From Nemertoderma westbladi (taxonomy: Eukaryota; Animalia; Xenacoelomorpha), in NCBI GenBank assembly GCA_032718475.1, contig JAUCBJ010006622.1, forward strand, positions 19,522-83,521: a stretch of 64,000 nt of DNA, read 5' to 3'. The translations under genes and the position numbers were made by a program. The notes beneath the pieces are model-generated. The model searched no databases, was not told the DNA's origin, and saw nothing but the letters and a program-made list of their open reading frames with translations. Shown piece by piece: positions 23,908 through 33,433 of this stretch; position 1 is the stretch's first letter; each line of letters opens with the position of its first letter.

Positions 23908-24507
23908 CTACAGTACATCTTCCACCGCAGTTATTTCTTTCTGTTTATCATCATCATCAGTCGCAGTTAAACGCTTTCTCATGAAAAAATGTAGCACCTC
24001 ATACCCCCCAACGCGTTTTGCTGAGCAGTATCGCAGACAGTTATCCCTTATGTTTAAGTGGAACGTGCATTTACTTTCTATTGTAGTGAATCGGTCGTGA
24101 AATCGACAAGGCGTTAAATAATCGTGATATTGCTTATATATTCCCAATTTCTCCACCGAATTTGGCTCGAGAACATCGAGTTGGGAAACTAATATTGCCT
24201 GCTTCAGCAACCCAAATACATGAATATTTTTTTTATATTTTAAATGTCTCTTCATATATTTTTTAAAGTCATCTTGAGAAATGTCCCCGTAGTCCCAGGG
24301 CAAGTGAGAAGTCATATCCCGTAAATTGTTTACGTGAGCTGCATCTAAAGCTGATAACTTAATATTAGACGGGCCTTTAATTAAAAACGTCTTTACATTA
24401 GTTTTGGTGTAATTAGAATCGTATATAGCAAATTCTTTAAATACTACCGGATACTCCTTATTGTCTATCTTATAATATTGAAAATCAACAAAAATAATAT
24501 TATCCAT
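23908..24507 (-). CDS. DEDD/DnaQ-like exonuclease-fold protein
   Basis: IFVDFQ...VFKEFAI, LPWDYGDI, HVFGLLK, CxxH...C; pattern of a Polinton accessory family. Confidence 0.6.
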   Translation of the reverse strand: MDNIIFVDFQYYKIDNKEYPVVFKEFAIYDSNYTKTNVKTFLIKGPSNIKLSALDAAHVNNLRDMTSHLPWDYGDISQDDFKKYMKRHLKYKKNIHVFGLLKQAILVSQLDVLEPNSVEKLGIYKQYHDYLTPCRFHDRFTTIESKCTFHLNIRDNCLRYCSAKRVGGYEVLHFFMRKRLTATDDDDKQKEITAVEDVL

Positions 24508-24542
24508 TTTATCTGATAAACAAAAGCAAGCTAAATGATTAA

Positions 24543-24995
24543 TTACAACGCATGTTGGTTTATTTTATAATAATTAACAAGCCATTTATATAATATTATT
24601 TCATTTATTTCCACATTATTTGTAAACGCTCTCATTGGATAGATTGTGTGAATACGATTTATCAAATAATACAGACAGTACAGACCGCATGTGGTCCTCC
24701 TTGGGTCTTGAAATTGTTTGCGAGTAGTACGCCACCTTGCGGAATTTTTCTCAAGCCATTTTTCGATGCATCTGTTTGGATATTTTGGTCCAAACGAGTC
24801 AAATACTTCGGCCTCATTATCTCGTATATATATCGCGATCCAATGAATCCCAGGCAGATGCTCTTTATCAGTATTTACTATCAAGCCATAATCCTGCCGC
24901 TTATTATTATCTAATTTAGGTAATTTATTAGCTGGAAACGTGCCCAAATAGTGACCACCCACTGGAAACATATCAAGGTCCTCTGTAGATAACAT
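24543..24995 (-). CDS. Adenain-like cysteine maturation protease
   Basis: IVNTD...PGIHWIAI, FDSFG, QFQ...TCGLYC (His/Asp/Gln/Cys). Confidence 0.93.
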   Translation of the reverse strand: MLSTEDLDMFPVGGHYLGTFPANKLPKLDNNKRQDYGLIVNTDKEHLPGIHWIAIYIRDNEAEVFDSFGPKYPNRCIEKWLEKNSARWRTTRKQFQDPRRTTCGLYCLYYLINRIHTIYPMRAFTNNVEINEIILYKWLVNYYKINQHAL

Positions 24996-24997
24996 AC

Positions 24998-26257
24998 TTA
25001 ATCGATATGTATTTCTTTCCTGCTATTTAAACTTAATGATTGATCATAAATATTAAAAACGATTACATTTATGGTTTCAACCAACGGTTCGGCAAATCTT
25101 AATTTTAATTGGCCGTTAGTATATATCGACGGTTGCGGATCTCTAACGTAGCCGTCGGTGGTTAGGTCCCAGGATAGGATGGGACAATTACCTAAGTAGG
25201 TTTCATGGTCTATATTATTACCTCCATAACCGTTAATATATGTATTAATGTTCTTCATTAATTGAGTATACTCAAAAATATATGTTCCATCTGTAAAATT
25301 AGGTTCGTATATTACACCCCCTACTGGAAGACCGTCTACAATCAGTTCCGCGCGTCTAAGGTTAAAATGTTCAAATTTCAAGGGATTGCTAATTAATTCT
25401 CCCGAATAAGCGTTATTTGTTATGAAGCCAATAATAACTAATTTGGGTTTTTTACCATCAAATATGTTTGTTTGGGTGTAATTTGTGGTTTGAGCGGGAA
25501 TAGTAAATGTTGTCACCTCCTTTTTTTGAAATTGATATTCAATATCGTAACTCTCTAAACCTTTTAGGTGACTGCTTTCTATTACTGGATTAACCTCCAT
25601 TCTAGGGATTAGAATCTTTATTTCATCTAATTCTAACCGAAGATTTGTCATAGCGTTTGCGTTTTGAGTGATTTTAAAAATAAACGAATTTGATACTTTT
25701 CTAAAATGCATTCTTAAATCATACCCGGGTTGTATTATTTTAGTTTCAGTATCAAAATCAATTGTCAATCCACTTACAAATTGCATTTGTTTACTAAAGG
25801 CCTCGTCAATAGGATGCGCGCCGGGATCAATTTCATTTCCGTGTTCAGATAAAGGTTGATGAAAGCCACCCGCACCCAGTAGCCCATTTTTATCCTCGTA
25901 AGTTGTAAATAATAAATTGGATAAGTACGACTTGTAGAAATAATGGTTATTGCTATTTTCAACCTGCTTCTCATTAAGGTCTATTTTAATATCACTCCAC
26001 ATAGTTTCAGCGGGGTAATTCAGCATATAAATATGGGAGTTTTCAAGTCGTCTATCCCAGCGTACAGTACATTTTGTAATTAATAACGCGTCTTGCAGTT
26101 TCGTATAGAATTCATTGGATCTCGGTACAAGGAACGTGACCTCCCTAGATTCACTTCTGAGATTAGATATGGGGTAAATTGTTTCATAATGCTTTGCTTT
26201 AAATTCAGTCTGTATTGGCTGTGTAGAAAATAAATCTAATTCCTTAATAATTGACAT
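24998..26257 (-). CDS. Major capsid protein (double jelly-roll, PY)
   Basis: ELDLF..PIQT N-terminus, PKLVIIGF..N.AYSG..NPLKFEHFNL, LKLRFAEPL; position next to the protease. Confidence 0.9.
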   Translation of the reverse strand: MSIIKELDLFSTQPIQTEFKAKHYETIYPISNLRSESREVTFLVPRSNEFYTKLQDALLITKCTVRWDRRLENSHIYMLNYPAETMWSDIKIDLNEKQVENSNNHYFYKSYLSNLLFTTYEDKNGLLGAGGFHQPLSEHGNEIDPGAHPIDEAFSKQMQFVSGLTIDFDTETKIIQPGYDLRMHFRKVSNSFIFKITQNANAMTNLRLELDEIKILIPRMEVNPVIESSHLKGLESYDIEYQFQKKEVTTFTIPAQTTNYTQTNIFDGKKPKLVIIGFITNNAYSGELISNPLKFEHFNLRRAELIVDGLPVGGVIYEPNFTDGTYIFEYTQLMKNINTYINGYGGNNIDHETYLGNCPILSWDLTTDGYVRDPQPSIYTNGQLKLRFAEPLVETINVIVFNIYDQSLSLNSRKEIHID

Positions 26258-26259
26258 TA

Positions 26260-26823
26260 TTAAAAAATACTTTTTTCGCAGTGTTTCAGTTTGCCCTTTA
26301 TTTTTTTATTTTTATTACTACGTCGATGATGTATGTTCATAGACATTGGTCTAGCGGGTCGCTTTAAATCTCTATAAACTTTTTCTACAACTGACCTTGT
26401 TGACGGTTTCATTTTATTTAATGCTTTATTAATAACCGTATTAGCCTGCTGATGTAAGACCCGCTTACCTTTTGGTATTACGTGTTGTCTCATAAATTTT
26501 GTGGTAAATGGTAAAGCTTTCTGTAAAACTTTTTTAGCTAATGGCTTACCAAATTTTTTCAATGTCGATAAAGCGTCTGTAAATATACCTTCTCCGTGTT
26601 GATTTGCCTGTATACCTCTACGATAACGCTGAAAACGACGTTGTTTTAAGTTTGGACCAAATGTGCCAATTTGTTGGCCGTAAGGGTCAATATATGAACC
26701 ACCTCGAAAAACAGGAACTTGCGTCGAACCTCTGGTACTTCTACCACCTTTAAAAACAGCAAGATTAGAGTCTGAACCACCATATTGAGGTTTACTGTAT
26801 CTTTGAAATAAATCAGAATCCAT
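26260..26823 (-). CDS. Basic core protein (PM-like) with QxGG/QxGxG cleavage-type motifs
   Basis: QYGG, VFKGG, VFRGG, QHGEGIF followed by an amphipathic helix; Arg/Lys-rich; ends in SIF. Confidence 0.75.
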   Translation of the reverse strand: MDSDLFQRYSKPQYGGSDSNLAVFKGGRSTRGSTQVPVFRGGSYIDPYGQQIGTFGPNLKQRRFQRYRRGIQANQHGEGIFTDALSTLKKFGKPLAKKVLQKALPFTTKFMRQHVIPKGKRVLHQQANTVINKALNKMKPSTRSVVEKVYRDLKRPARPMSMNIHHRRSNKNKKIKGKLKHCEKSIF

Positions 26824-26824
26824 T

Positions 26825-27679
26825 TTAATTTATACGTTTAAAGTATAATGTAATAGATGTTGTCCCGTATTCAAAATTCAAATCTTTTCCTTCTTTGTCT
26901 GTTATTTCAATATGAATGTATGTTATCTTATATGATTTTTTTACAGGGATATAATGAATTGTATCCTTGACAAATTCTTTATTTATTACGCTACCATATT
27001 TCACATCATCAGGTATCGCAACACGACGAAGTAAAGCTAAACCAAAATCGTTAATATATTGATTTTCAATTATATTAGTATTCACGTACATGTTCGACTT
27101 AGGTTCTGGAATAGAATTGGGTGGTTGAGGGCATAAAAATACCATCTGGTAAGCTTTTTCTCCATTTCCGATAACCTTTATTAAATAACCCTTTATATTA
27201 TTTTTCGTCTTCAAAATAATTTTAAAATTTGGATTTAAATTCGCGCCGAGATTATTTTCAGTAATTCCAAAATAATAGGCTAATTGTTGACCTATAAATA
27301 ACTCTCGCACAGTTTTCCCTAAAATAAATTGCAACCTATTTTGCTGAGTATTTTCAACTATTTGTAATTTATCTTTCAACGCCCCCGTGTTAAAATAATC
27401 TATAATGTCATTGATACTGTAGAACAAACCGGATGGAAGTGTATCCTCAAAATTTTTTTTTCCTTTTTTTAATAAAATAACATTCTCTACATTGTTATAC
27501 ATGGACGGCAACGTAGCTAAGTAAAATATACTTTTTATACCTACCACCCAGTTTTCGTTTGGGTTTATAGGTAAGGCGCCATGGAAATTTATCTGATAAT
27601 TACTAGCGCTATTGCGGGGAAAATCAATTGGACAGGAATTACTTGGTAGTCTTACGTAGAATTCATCCATCACAGCCAC
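26825..27679 (-). CDS. Minor capsid protein (penton, PX) copy 1
   Basis: FYVRLPSNS...FP.N..SNY, WVVGI, MYVNTNII, LLRRV, HYIPV, IEITD..G..LNF..G...ITLYFKR. Confidence 0.85.
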   Translation of the reverse strand: MAVMDEFYVRLPSNSCPIDFPRNSASNYQINFHGALPINPNENWVVGIKSIFYLATLPSMYNNVENVILLKKGKKNFEDTLPSGLFYSINDIIDYFNTGALKDKLQIVENTQQNRLQFILGKTVRELFIGQQLAYYFGITENNLGANLNPNFKIILKTKNNIKGYLIKVIGNGEKAYQMVFLCPQPPNSIPEPKSNMYVNTNIIENQYINDFGLALLRRVAIPDDVKYGSVINKEFVKDTIHYIPVKKSYKITYIHIEITDKEGKDLNFEYGTTSITLYFKRIN

Positions 27680-28535
27680 CCCGTATTAACTTAAGTGTTA
27701 TAACAGTGCGAACTCCACTGAAGTTAATTAATTCGCCTTGTCCGTCACGTAAAGTAATTAAGATTGTTTTTAGTTTTTTATTCAACAACGGGTAATAGCA
27801 AATGCTCTCGTATTCGTGATTAATATATTTTCGATTTAATTGCGTTAAAGGGCAGGTTCTTAAGAGCGGAGCTAAAGCGTCGCCAACAAATGAGCTCTTA
27901 ATAATATCTGTATATATAAAGATAGTGTCTTTATTACGTGTTATATTCGTGGGAGCTTGAAAATCTAAAATGCCAATTTCCGAAATTTTTGGCCTGCTAT
28001 AATTTAAAATTAATATTGGCTGTTCTATATTGCTTAATTCATCTACTGTAGTGGTACTGTATATATCCCAATTCGGAATATCCGGATGATTCCGATCCAA
28101 TAACGGTTTTAAGCCTAGAATTTGTATTAAATCACCACGTAGACTTAATTGTATTTTTTTCAACTTTTTAGGAAATTTAAATTTAATTCTAGAATTATTT
28201 GTATTAAAAATGAATTCGAAATCTCTATATTTCGCTTCAGAATTAAACAGTTTATTTATATCATCAATAATGACTTGAATAGAGTTATGCATACCAGGAA
28301 ATAAACTATATAATTTGGCATCTTTTGCATCTACCCCGATTGACAGCGAGATTTGAGTTTGCAGCGTAATATTACTGTATGTTGCTTGATATTGAAGCTC
28401 GGCAAGCCCAATTTTAGCGTTTGGACCAATATATAATTCTTCGGCTAAATCAACAGTAAACTCGCTAGGATTATTATTGGGGTAAGTGTTTAATGAGCTA
28501 TCTGAAAGTAGAGTGATATATGTATCTGTGGCCAT
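27663..28535 (-). CDS. Minor capsid protein (penton, PX) copy 2
   Basis: YITLLSDSS..YPNN.PSEF.V.L, IGLAEL, IFIYTDII...VGD..APLLR, YYPL, ITLRD..GELINF, ITLKL. Confidence 0.88.
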   Translation of the reverse strand: MATDTYITLLSDSSLNTYPNNNPSEFTVDLAEELYIGPNAKIGLAELQYQATYSNITLQTQISLSIGVDAKDAKLYSLFPGMHNSIQVIIDDINKLFNSEAKYRDFEFIFNTNNSRIKFKFPKKLKKIQLSLRGDLIQILGLKPLLDRNHPDIPNWDIYSTTTVDELSNIEQPILILNYSRPKISEIGILDFQAPTNITRNKDTIFIYTDIIKSSFVGDALAPLLRTCPLTQLNRKYINHEYESICYYPLLNKKLKTILITLRDGQGELINFSGVRTVITLKLIRGGCDG

Positions 28536-28806
28536 TATTATTATTATTTAAGCTCGCTCTCTCTCTACTTGACTCCATTGTACATACAGTACAGTATAAT
28601 GTTAAATTATAGACATCTGTGACCACGTTCATTGTCGTTCATTGTCGCATCTTCTACAATATATGTGCGGGATCAATATTTTACTGGCTTTATTGGCTTT
28701 ATTTAAAACGGATGAACTATAGATATAGTAATATCATTCGAGTTAATATTGATTAATTACGGTCATATGCGACCAAAATGAATTAATATACAGTATAAAC
28801 CTAAGC

Positions 28807-29895
28807 TTATTGAATATGCTGTACCCACGACTGTTTCTTGGATCCGATGAATCGGACTAAATATTCTTTCTTCCCATTGCGTACACGTTCTTTAAGTTTG
28901 CCAATATTTTTATCAATTGCTAGATAAATATTACTATTCGGGTGGACCTTTTGGAGTTCGTGAGAATAAAATGAGCCCTTTATTATAGCTCCAGCACTGT
29001 CCTTAATATCGAACATTACAGCGGGTACTCTATCCAACCTGACACGATGAATAATAAATAATTCACGTGTCCATTGTTCTCGATAGCCTTTAGCAAAAGC
29101 AGTACGAGCGATAGATAATCGTACTGTATCTCCAACTTTAAATTTTATTTTCTTATGATTAATCTGTCTATATTTCCCATATAATCTATTCATTAATTCA
29201 GTTTCATTAAATTTATTAACTTCAATAGGCGTCATTTTTATTGTCCTATGATATGACCTATTATAAGCTGAGATAAGCTTAGGTAAAATTTTAATCCAAA
29301 CATTATTTCCTCGTTGTGTAAAAATTTTGAACATCTTTGTTTTTAATGTTCTATTGAATCTCTCGACAATAGCCGCCTTATTCACAGAGTACATTACGTA
29401 ATACTGTATACCTAACGTATCTAAATATTTCCTTACAGATTTATTTAGAAACTCAGAACCTTGATCCGTGGCGATTCTGTTTGGTTTTCCTTTCTGGAAT
29501 ATTTTTTGCAATATACTAATAATTTCAACACCCTTTTTTGTTTTCATACCACAGCCAAAAGCAAGCCTGCTAAAGGCATCAATACATGTTAATATATAGT
29601 TATAATTATTATTTTGTGATTTATATTGCTGCATATCCACCAGATCTATCATATATATATCTTTTATGCCTCCCGTAAATATTTTAGATGTTGGATAATG
29701 GTGTCTACGTAGAGCGTTAAGGGTGTATGTCTTTTGCCCGCTCATCCATTTCTGGGCTTGTGCTGGTTTGATGTTTGCAGCTTTTGCTAATTTTGCAACA
29801 CTTGCAAATCCCGCAGGGGATGAAGGATCTAAATAAATTCTTAACAGTTTTTTGTCTAAGCTTCGGCTTAAAATCGGTTTCATCTTGCGAGGCAT
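28807..29895 (-). CDS. Retroviral-like (RVE) integrase with C-terminal chromodomain-like region
   Basis: IDLVDM, CIDAFSR, TDQGSEF, VERFNRTLK (D,D,E), KFKVGDTVR, KEYLVRF...SWV. Confidence 0.95.
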   Translation of the reverse strand: MPRKMKPILSRSLDKKLLRIYLDPSSPAGFASVAKLAKAANIKPAQAQKWMSGQKTYTLNALRRHHYPTSKIFTGGIKDIYMIDLVDMQQYKSQNNNYNYILTCIDAFSRLAFGCGMKTKKGVEIISILQKIFQKGKPNRIATDQGSEFLNKSVRKYLDTLGIQYYVMYSVNKAAIVERFNRTLKTKMFKIFTQRGNNVWIKILPKLISAYNRSYHRTIKMTPIEVNKFNETELMNRLYGKYRQINHKKIKFKVGDTVRLSIARTAFAKGYREQWTRELFIIHRVRLDRVPAVMFDIKDSAGAIIKGSFYSHELQKVHPNSNIYLAIDKNIGKLKERVRNGKKEYLVRFIGSKKQSWVQHIQ

Positions 29896-30117
29896 CTTTT
29901 CGACAACCGCAAGTAATATGTATATTCAAATCTCTTATAAAGGGCATCACCGTAAGAACAACTGAAATTTTTTAATTATTTTCTTTGAAGTTGATGTTTT
30001 AAAGGGTTTTCTTTTTGTAGTATTTACTCTAGGTATATCTTGAGGTTTTAAATCAGTAGCTAACGGTTTACTTGATACTAAATATAATTTTCTAAATGTT
30101 ACTCCTGTTTTAACCAT
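29880..30117 (-). pseudogene. Short, probably frameshifted PZ-like ORF
   Basis: MVKTGVTFRKLYLVS... starts just after the PW stop, at the position PZ usually occupies; much shorter than typical PZ. Confidence 0.3.
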
Positions 30118-30119
30118 TA

Positions 30120-30503
30120 TTACCGTCCACGGTTAATTTTTTTCGCAATAGCTGCTCCAGCGGCGGCAGCTCCGGCACTCGCGGCGAGTTTCGCACCAAT
30201 GCCGAGTAAGGGTATTAGAAACGGTAGTATACCTCCAGATTGATTGCTTAACTTTTTTCTGTAACTTGATATATTTTTTGTTTTACGGTTGAGTGATTTC
30301 AATACCTTCTTATAGCGGCGAATATTTCTAAATGAATGAGGGGTTAATTGTACATTACCTTTTAGAACATTTAATGCAGTATTTACAATGAGCCGTATTA
30401 ATTCGTTACTTGCGGTATGGTTAATAAAATAAGTTCTTTGTTGAGGGGTAGCGCTGCGTAGAAATTCCAGTTCGTTACGATATTTCTGCACAAGTCTATT
30501 CAT
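30120..30503 (-). CDS. PW-like core/membrane-active protein
   Basis: ALNVLKGNVQLT, basic helix, QSGG followed by hydrophobic ILPFLIPLLGIG. Confidence 0.8.
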   Translation of the reverse strand: MNRLVQKYRNELEFLRSATPQQRTYFINHTASNELIRLIVNTALNVLKGNVQLTPHSFRNIRRYKKVLKSLNRKTKNISSYRKKLSNQSGGILPFLIPLLGIGAKLAASAGAAAAGAAIAKKINRGR

Positions 30504-30540
30504 TGTTGCAACATTATTGAAAATTGTTACAAAATATTAA

Positions 30541-31224
30541 TTATTTATCATTATTATTATTATTATTATTTTCGCTACGTTTATTGTCAGTGTAATTTTT
30601 AATGTAACAATTATGATTACGAAATATATCAGATCTAAATCTTAAATGTTCGGGTGTTTCCTGTCGTAAATCAATTAAGAAATGTGAAAATGGTTGAATT
30701 GTCGCATCTTGATAGGAATCAACTAAAAATTTGGTCTGCCCTGGTAACATCTGCTTCGCGAAATTTAAAACCGATAAACTGTCTCTCGGATTTTTCATTA
30801 ATACTAAAGTATGGCTATTAATTGATCTTGTGCGGTTATGCTTCCCACCGTAAAACATGTTTTGCGTTATAAAACAAATAAATATATTGGAATGATGAGC
30901 TACCTTAGTAAACAATACAGTTAATGCTGTACTGGACTCAGTTTCTGTTAACAAATCATCTATAATTAATAAATCTCGACTATTCACTAAACTATCTATA
31001 TTTTCGGGCAAACCTTTGTAAAGGTGAGTAATACCGGGAATAGTCAGGGGATTGCTCCCGTAACAATACAATACTCGCAAGGAGGCTTCGTTGAAACAAC
31101 CATTCTTGTGTTTAATTAAATTGCTTACAAAGGTTGACTTTCCAGAACCAGATGGCCCAGAAATTATCATACTCGTTCCCATTTGAAAGTTTAAATTATA
31201 TGGACCTGAATTAAAGTCAGCCAT
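30541..31224 (-). CDS. Genome-packaging ATPase (FtsK/A32-like)
   Basis: Walker A GPSGSGKS, Walker B LLIIDDL, ITQN, RSIN, KNPRD, LIDL. Confidence 0.95.
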   Translation of the reverse strand: MADFNSGPYNLNFQMGTSMIISGPSGSGKSTFVSNLIKHKNGCFNEASLRVLYCYGSNPLTIPGITHLYKGLPENIDSLVNSRDLLIIDDLLTETESSTALTVLFTKVAHHSNIFICFITQNMFYGGKHNRTRSINSHTLVLMKNPRDSLSVLNFAKQMLPGQTKFLVDSYQDATIQPFSHFLIDLRQETPEHLRFRSDIFRNHNCYIKNYTDNKRSENNNNNNNDK

Positions 31225-31440
31225 TTATTATTATTATTAAGATATATCAACAATACAATATAATATAATATCAATATCAATATCAATAAACCATCACCAT
31301 TACTATGTATATAACAATAATTGTTGCAACTACAATATTAGAGTACTGTATATTTAATTAACATACGACGCCGCTACAGTATGTGACGCTCGCTGCAACA
31401 AAAGGTGCTATTTCCAATTATAGTATAGACTGATGTAATT

Positions 31441-31893
31441 TCAAGCATGGTGAGCATCTTTATACGCGAAATAATGATAGGTAACATCGGCGGTTTGGAA
31501 ATCACTTCCTGAAAATTTCGCGCTAATAATTTTTTTATGTTCGCTGCTAAAAAAATAAGGAATATAGTAGCAACAGCATCGTACTACATTTCTATAAAAA
31601 ATATTCTCCAATATTGTAAATAAATCTCCCGGATCATTACTTTCCGCAGAAATATAAGTTATATTGCGAAGCTCTTTCCAATAATAGGGTTGATAACTTG
31701 CCAACTTTATATTAAACTTAGATATGGGTGCGCGACAAATAGGACAAATTTTAGAACAATAATTATTCATTTCGGAATATTGTACAATACATTGTACGCA
31801 AGTTGCATGTTTATTTTCACATTTATAATAATCTCGATGTTGTTGCAATAACTTAGAATAGCAAACTGGACATTTTTCATTTAAAATATCCAT
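31441..31893 (-). CDS. RING-finger protein (putative E3 ligase)
   Basis: CPVC...CENKHATCVQC...CPICR (C3HC4). Confidence 0.8.
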   Translation of the reverse strand: MDILNEKCPVCYSKLLQQHRDYYKCENKHATCVQCIVQYSEMNNYCSKICPICRAPISKFNIKLASYQPYYWKELRNITYISAESNDPGDLFTILENIFYRNVVRCCCYYIPYFFSSEHKKIISAKFSGSDFQTADVTYHYFAYKDAHHA

Positions 31894-32058
31894 TTTCCAA
31901 ATTTTAAAGTAAATTGAAAATAATTACCGCAATACACAACAACAACAACAAACAAAACTGTTATACTGTATATACAAATACTGCTACAATTTTCGACTAT
32001 TTAAAAACATCAAAATTTTATATATAATCATAAAATATTTATAATATAGAGGGAAAAG

Positions 32059-32529
32059 TCAAGAATCAATGATATTATCAACATATTCAACATTATCCGT
32101 TGATTCTTCAGTTTCGATAAAGGATTCTTTTGAAATCATTACAATAAAGAAAGACATAATTTCGTAGGGGCTATGCCGATTTAGCCGTATTTCAAACTTT
32201 TCACCAGCTTCGTTGTATTGTGTAATAACAATAAACCCCTCTATCATGGATAATAGTAAAATGTTGCTTAATTTTCCCTCATGCTCAACTTTCAGGTTGT
32301 AATCTAAGAGATGAACACTATTATCAGAAGCATCAATATCAATTGAGCTTAAAACTTTCCTGGCTTTTTCAGAAAACTCAATTTTATATTTTTTTCATAA
32401 AACTCAATTTTATATTTATCATCTCCCTGACGGTAAATTGTATAATCAATAACAATATAGGCTTGACCATCTTCTGCAAAAAATGAATGCCTTACTATTG
32501 GCATAACCATATCGGAATCAGAAGACATT
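32059..32529 (-). pseudogene. Decayed Polinton ORF of unknown function
   Basis: ATG at 32529 after a TATA-like element; frameshift and a ~25-bp tandem duplication at ~32365-32418; C-terminal part is the 62-aa ORF. Confidence 0.35.
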
Positions 32530-32948
32530 ATTTAATTTATTTTATTGTAAATCAAACAAACAAAGTAAAAACTTTTAAACTAAAACCATTACAAATGATT
32601 AATTGTGATTAAAGCAAGAGATTATATATATAAGATATTTTCAAAAATAATACAGGTCTTAAACTGAGAAATAGCCTAAATTCGGTTTATTGATTGGTTG
32701 ATTAGCTGGTAGGGAACTACTGTATAAACAAAAAAAATTATTGCGTAATAATAATCACTAATGCTCGTATACGCGTAGCTGGAACGTGACGGAATCTCAT
32801 GTATCATACTGGTTGGTTTGTTGATTTGGCGACAGCGGTCGTGGAGTTGGCAATCAATATAATATAATATATGCATGATGCGTGTAGATGGCCACGTCGT
32901 TACCATATACAGTATACAGTGGTGGTGGTTGGTTGCCTGGATAGGAAA

Positions 32949-33427
32949 TAACTATGGAAATATTCGTATACGTGTAGCTGGAACATGGCGGAATTTCACG
33001 TATCATAGCGTTGGACTGGTAGGCTGCTTGGTTGGTTGGATTGATTTGGCGACAGCCGTCGAGGAGTAGCCGTGCGTGGCTAGCGGTGGTGAGTTGGCAA
33101 TCGATATAATATAATAGCGTAGTGGGGGCAAGCCATGCATCGTGAAGTTAGGTTACGCGAAGATGAATATGCGATGGTTGGTTGATGCAACAACACGAAT
33201 CAATACTCACGGTTGGTAACAGCTATCGAGTAAGGCAGGCATCGTGAGGTTAGGCTACGCATAGGCGATAGGCAACGATTGGTTGAAGGCATCGACACGA
33301 ATCAATATTGATGGTGACAGATGGTCATTAAACATCGCGATTTAGCACGTTTTTAATAGCCCTCCGAGATGCAGCCCGTAGCCCAGGCTAGGGAGGAGTA
33401 CGTGGGGGGCACTCTTCTCCTACTACT
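32949..33427 (-). repeat. Polinton right TIR (with 94 extra bp near the tip)
   Basis: Reverse complement of the left TIR; 33325-33418 has no counterpart on the left. Confidence 0.9.
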
Positions 33428-33433
33428 ATTAAC

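Larger units (their letters stand above)
10499..33427. mobile_element. Full-length Polinton/Maverick (polintovirus) with nested insertions
   Basis: Termini AGTAGTAGG...CCTACTACT; 6-bp TSD ATTAAC at 10493-10498 and 33428-33433; long TIRs; pPolB, integrase, ATPase, protease, MCP and mCP genes. Confidence 0.97.
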
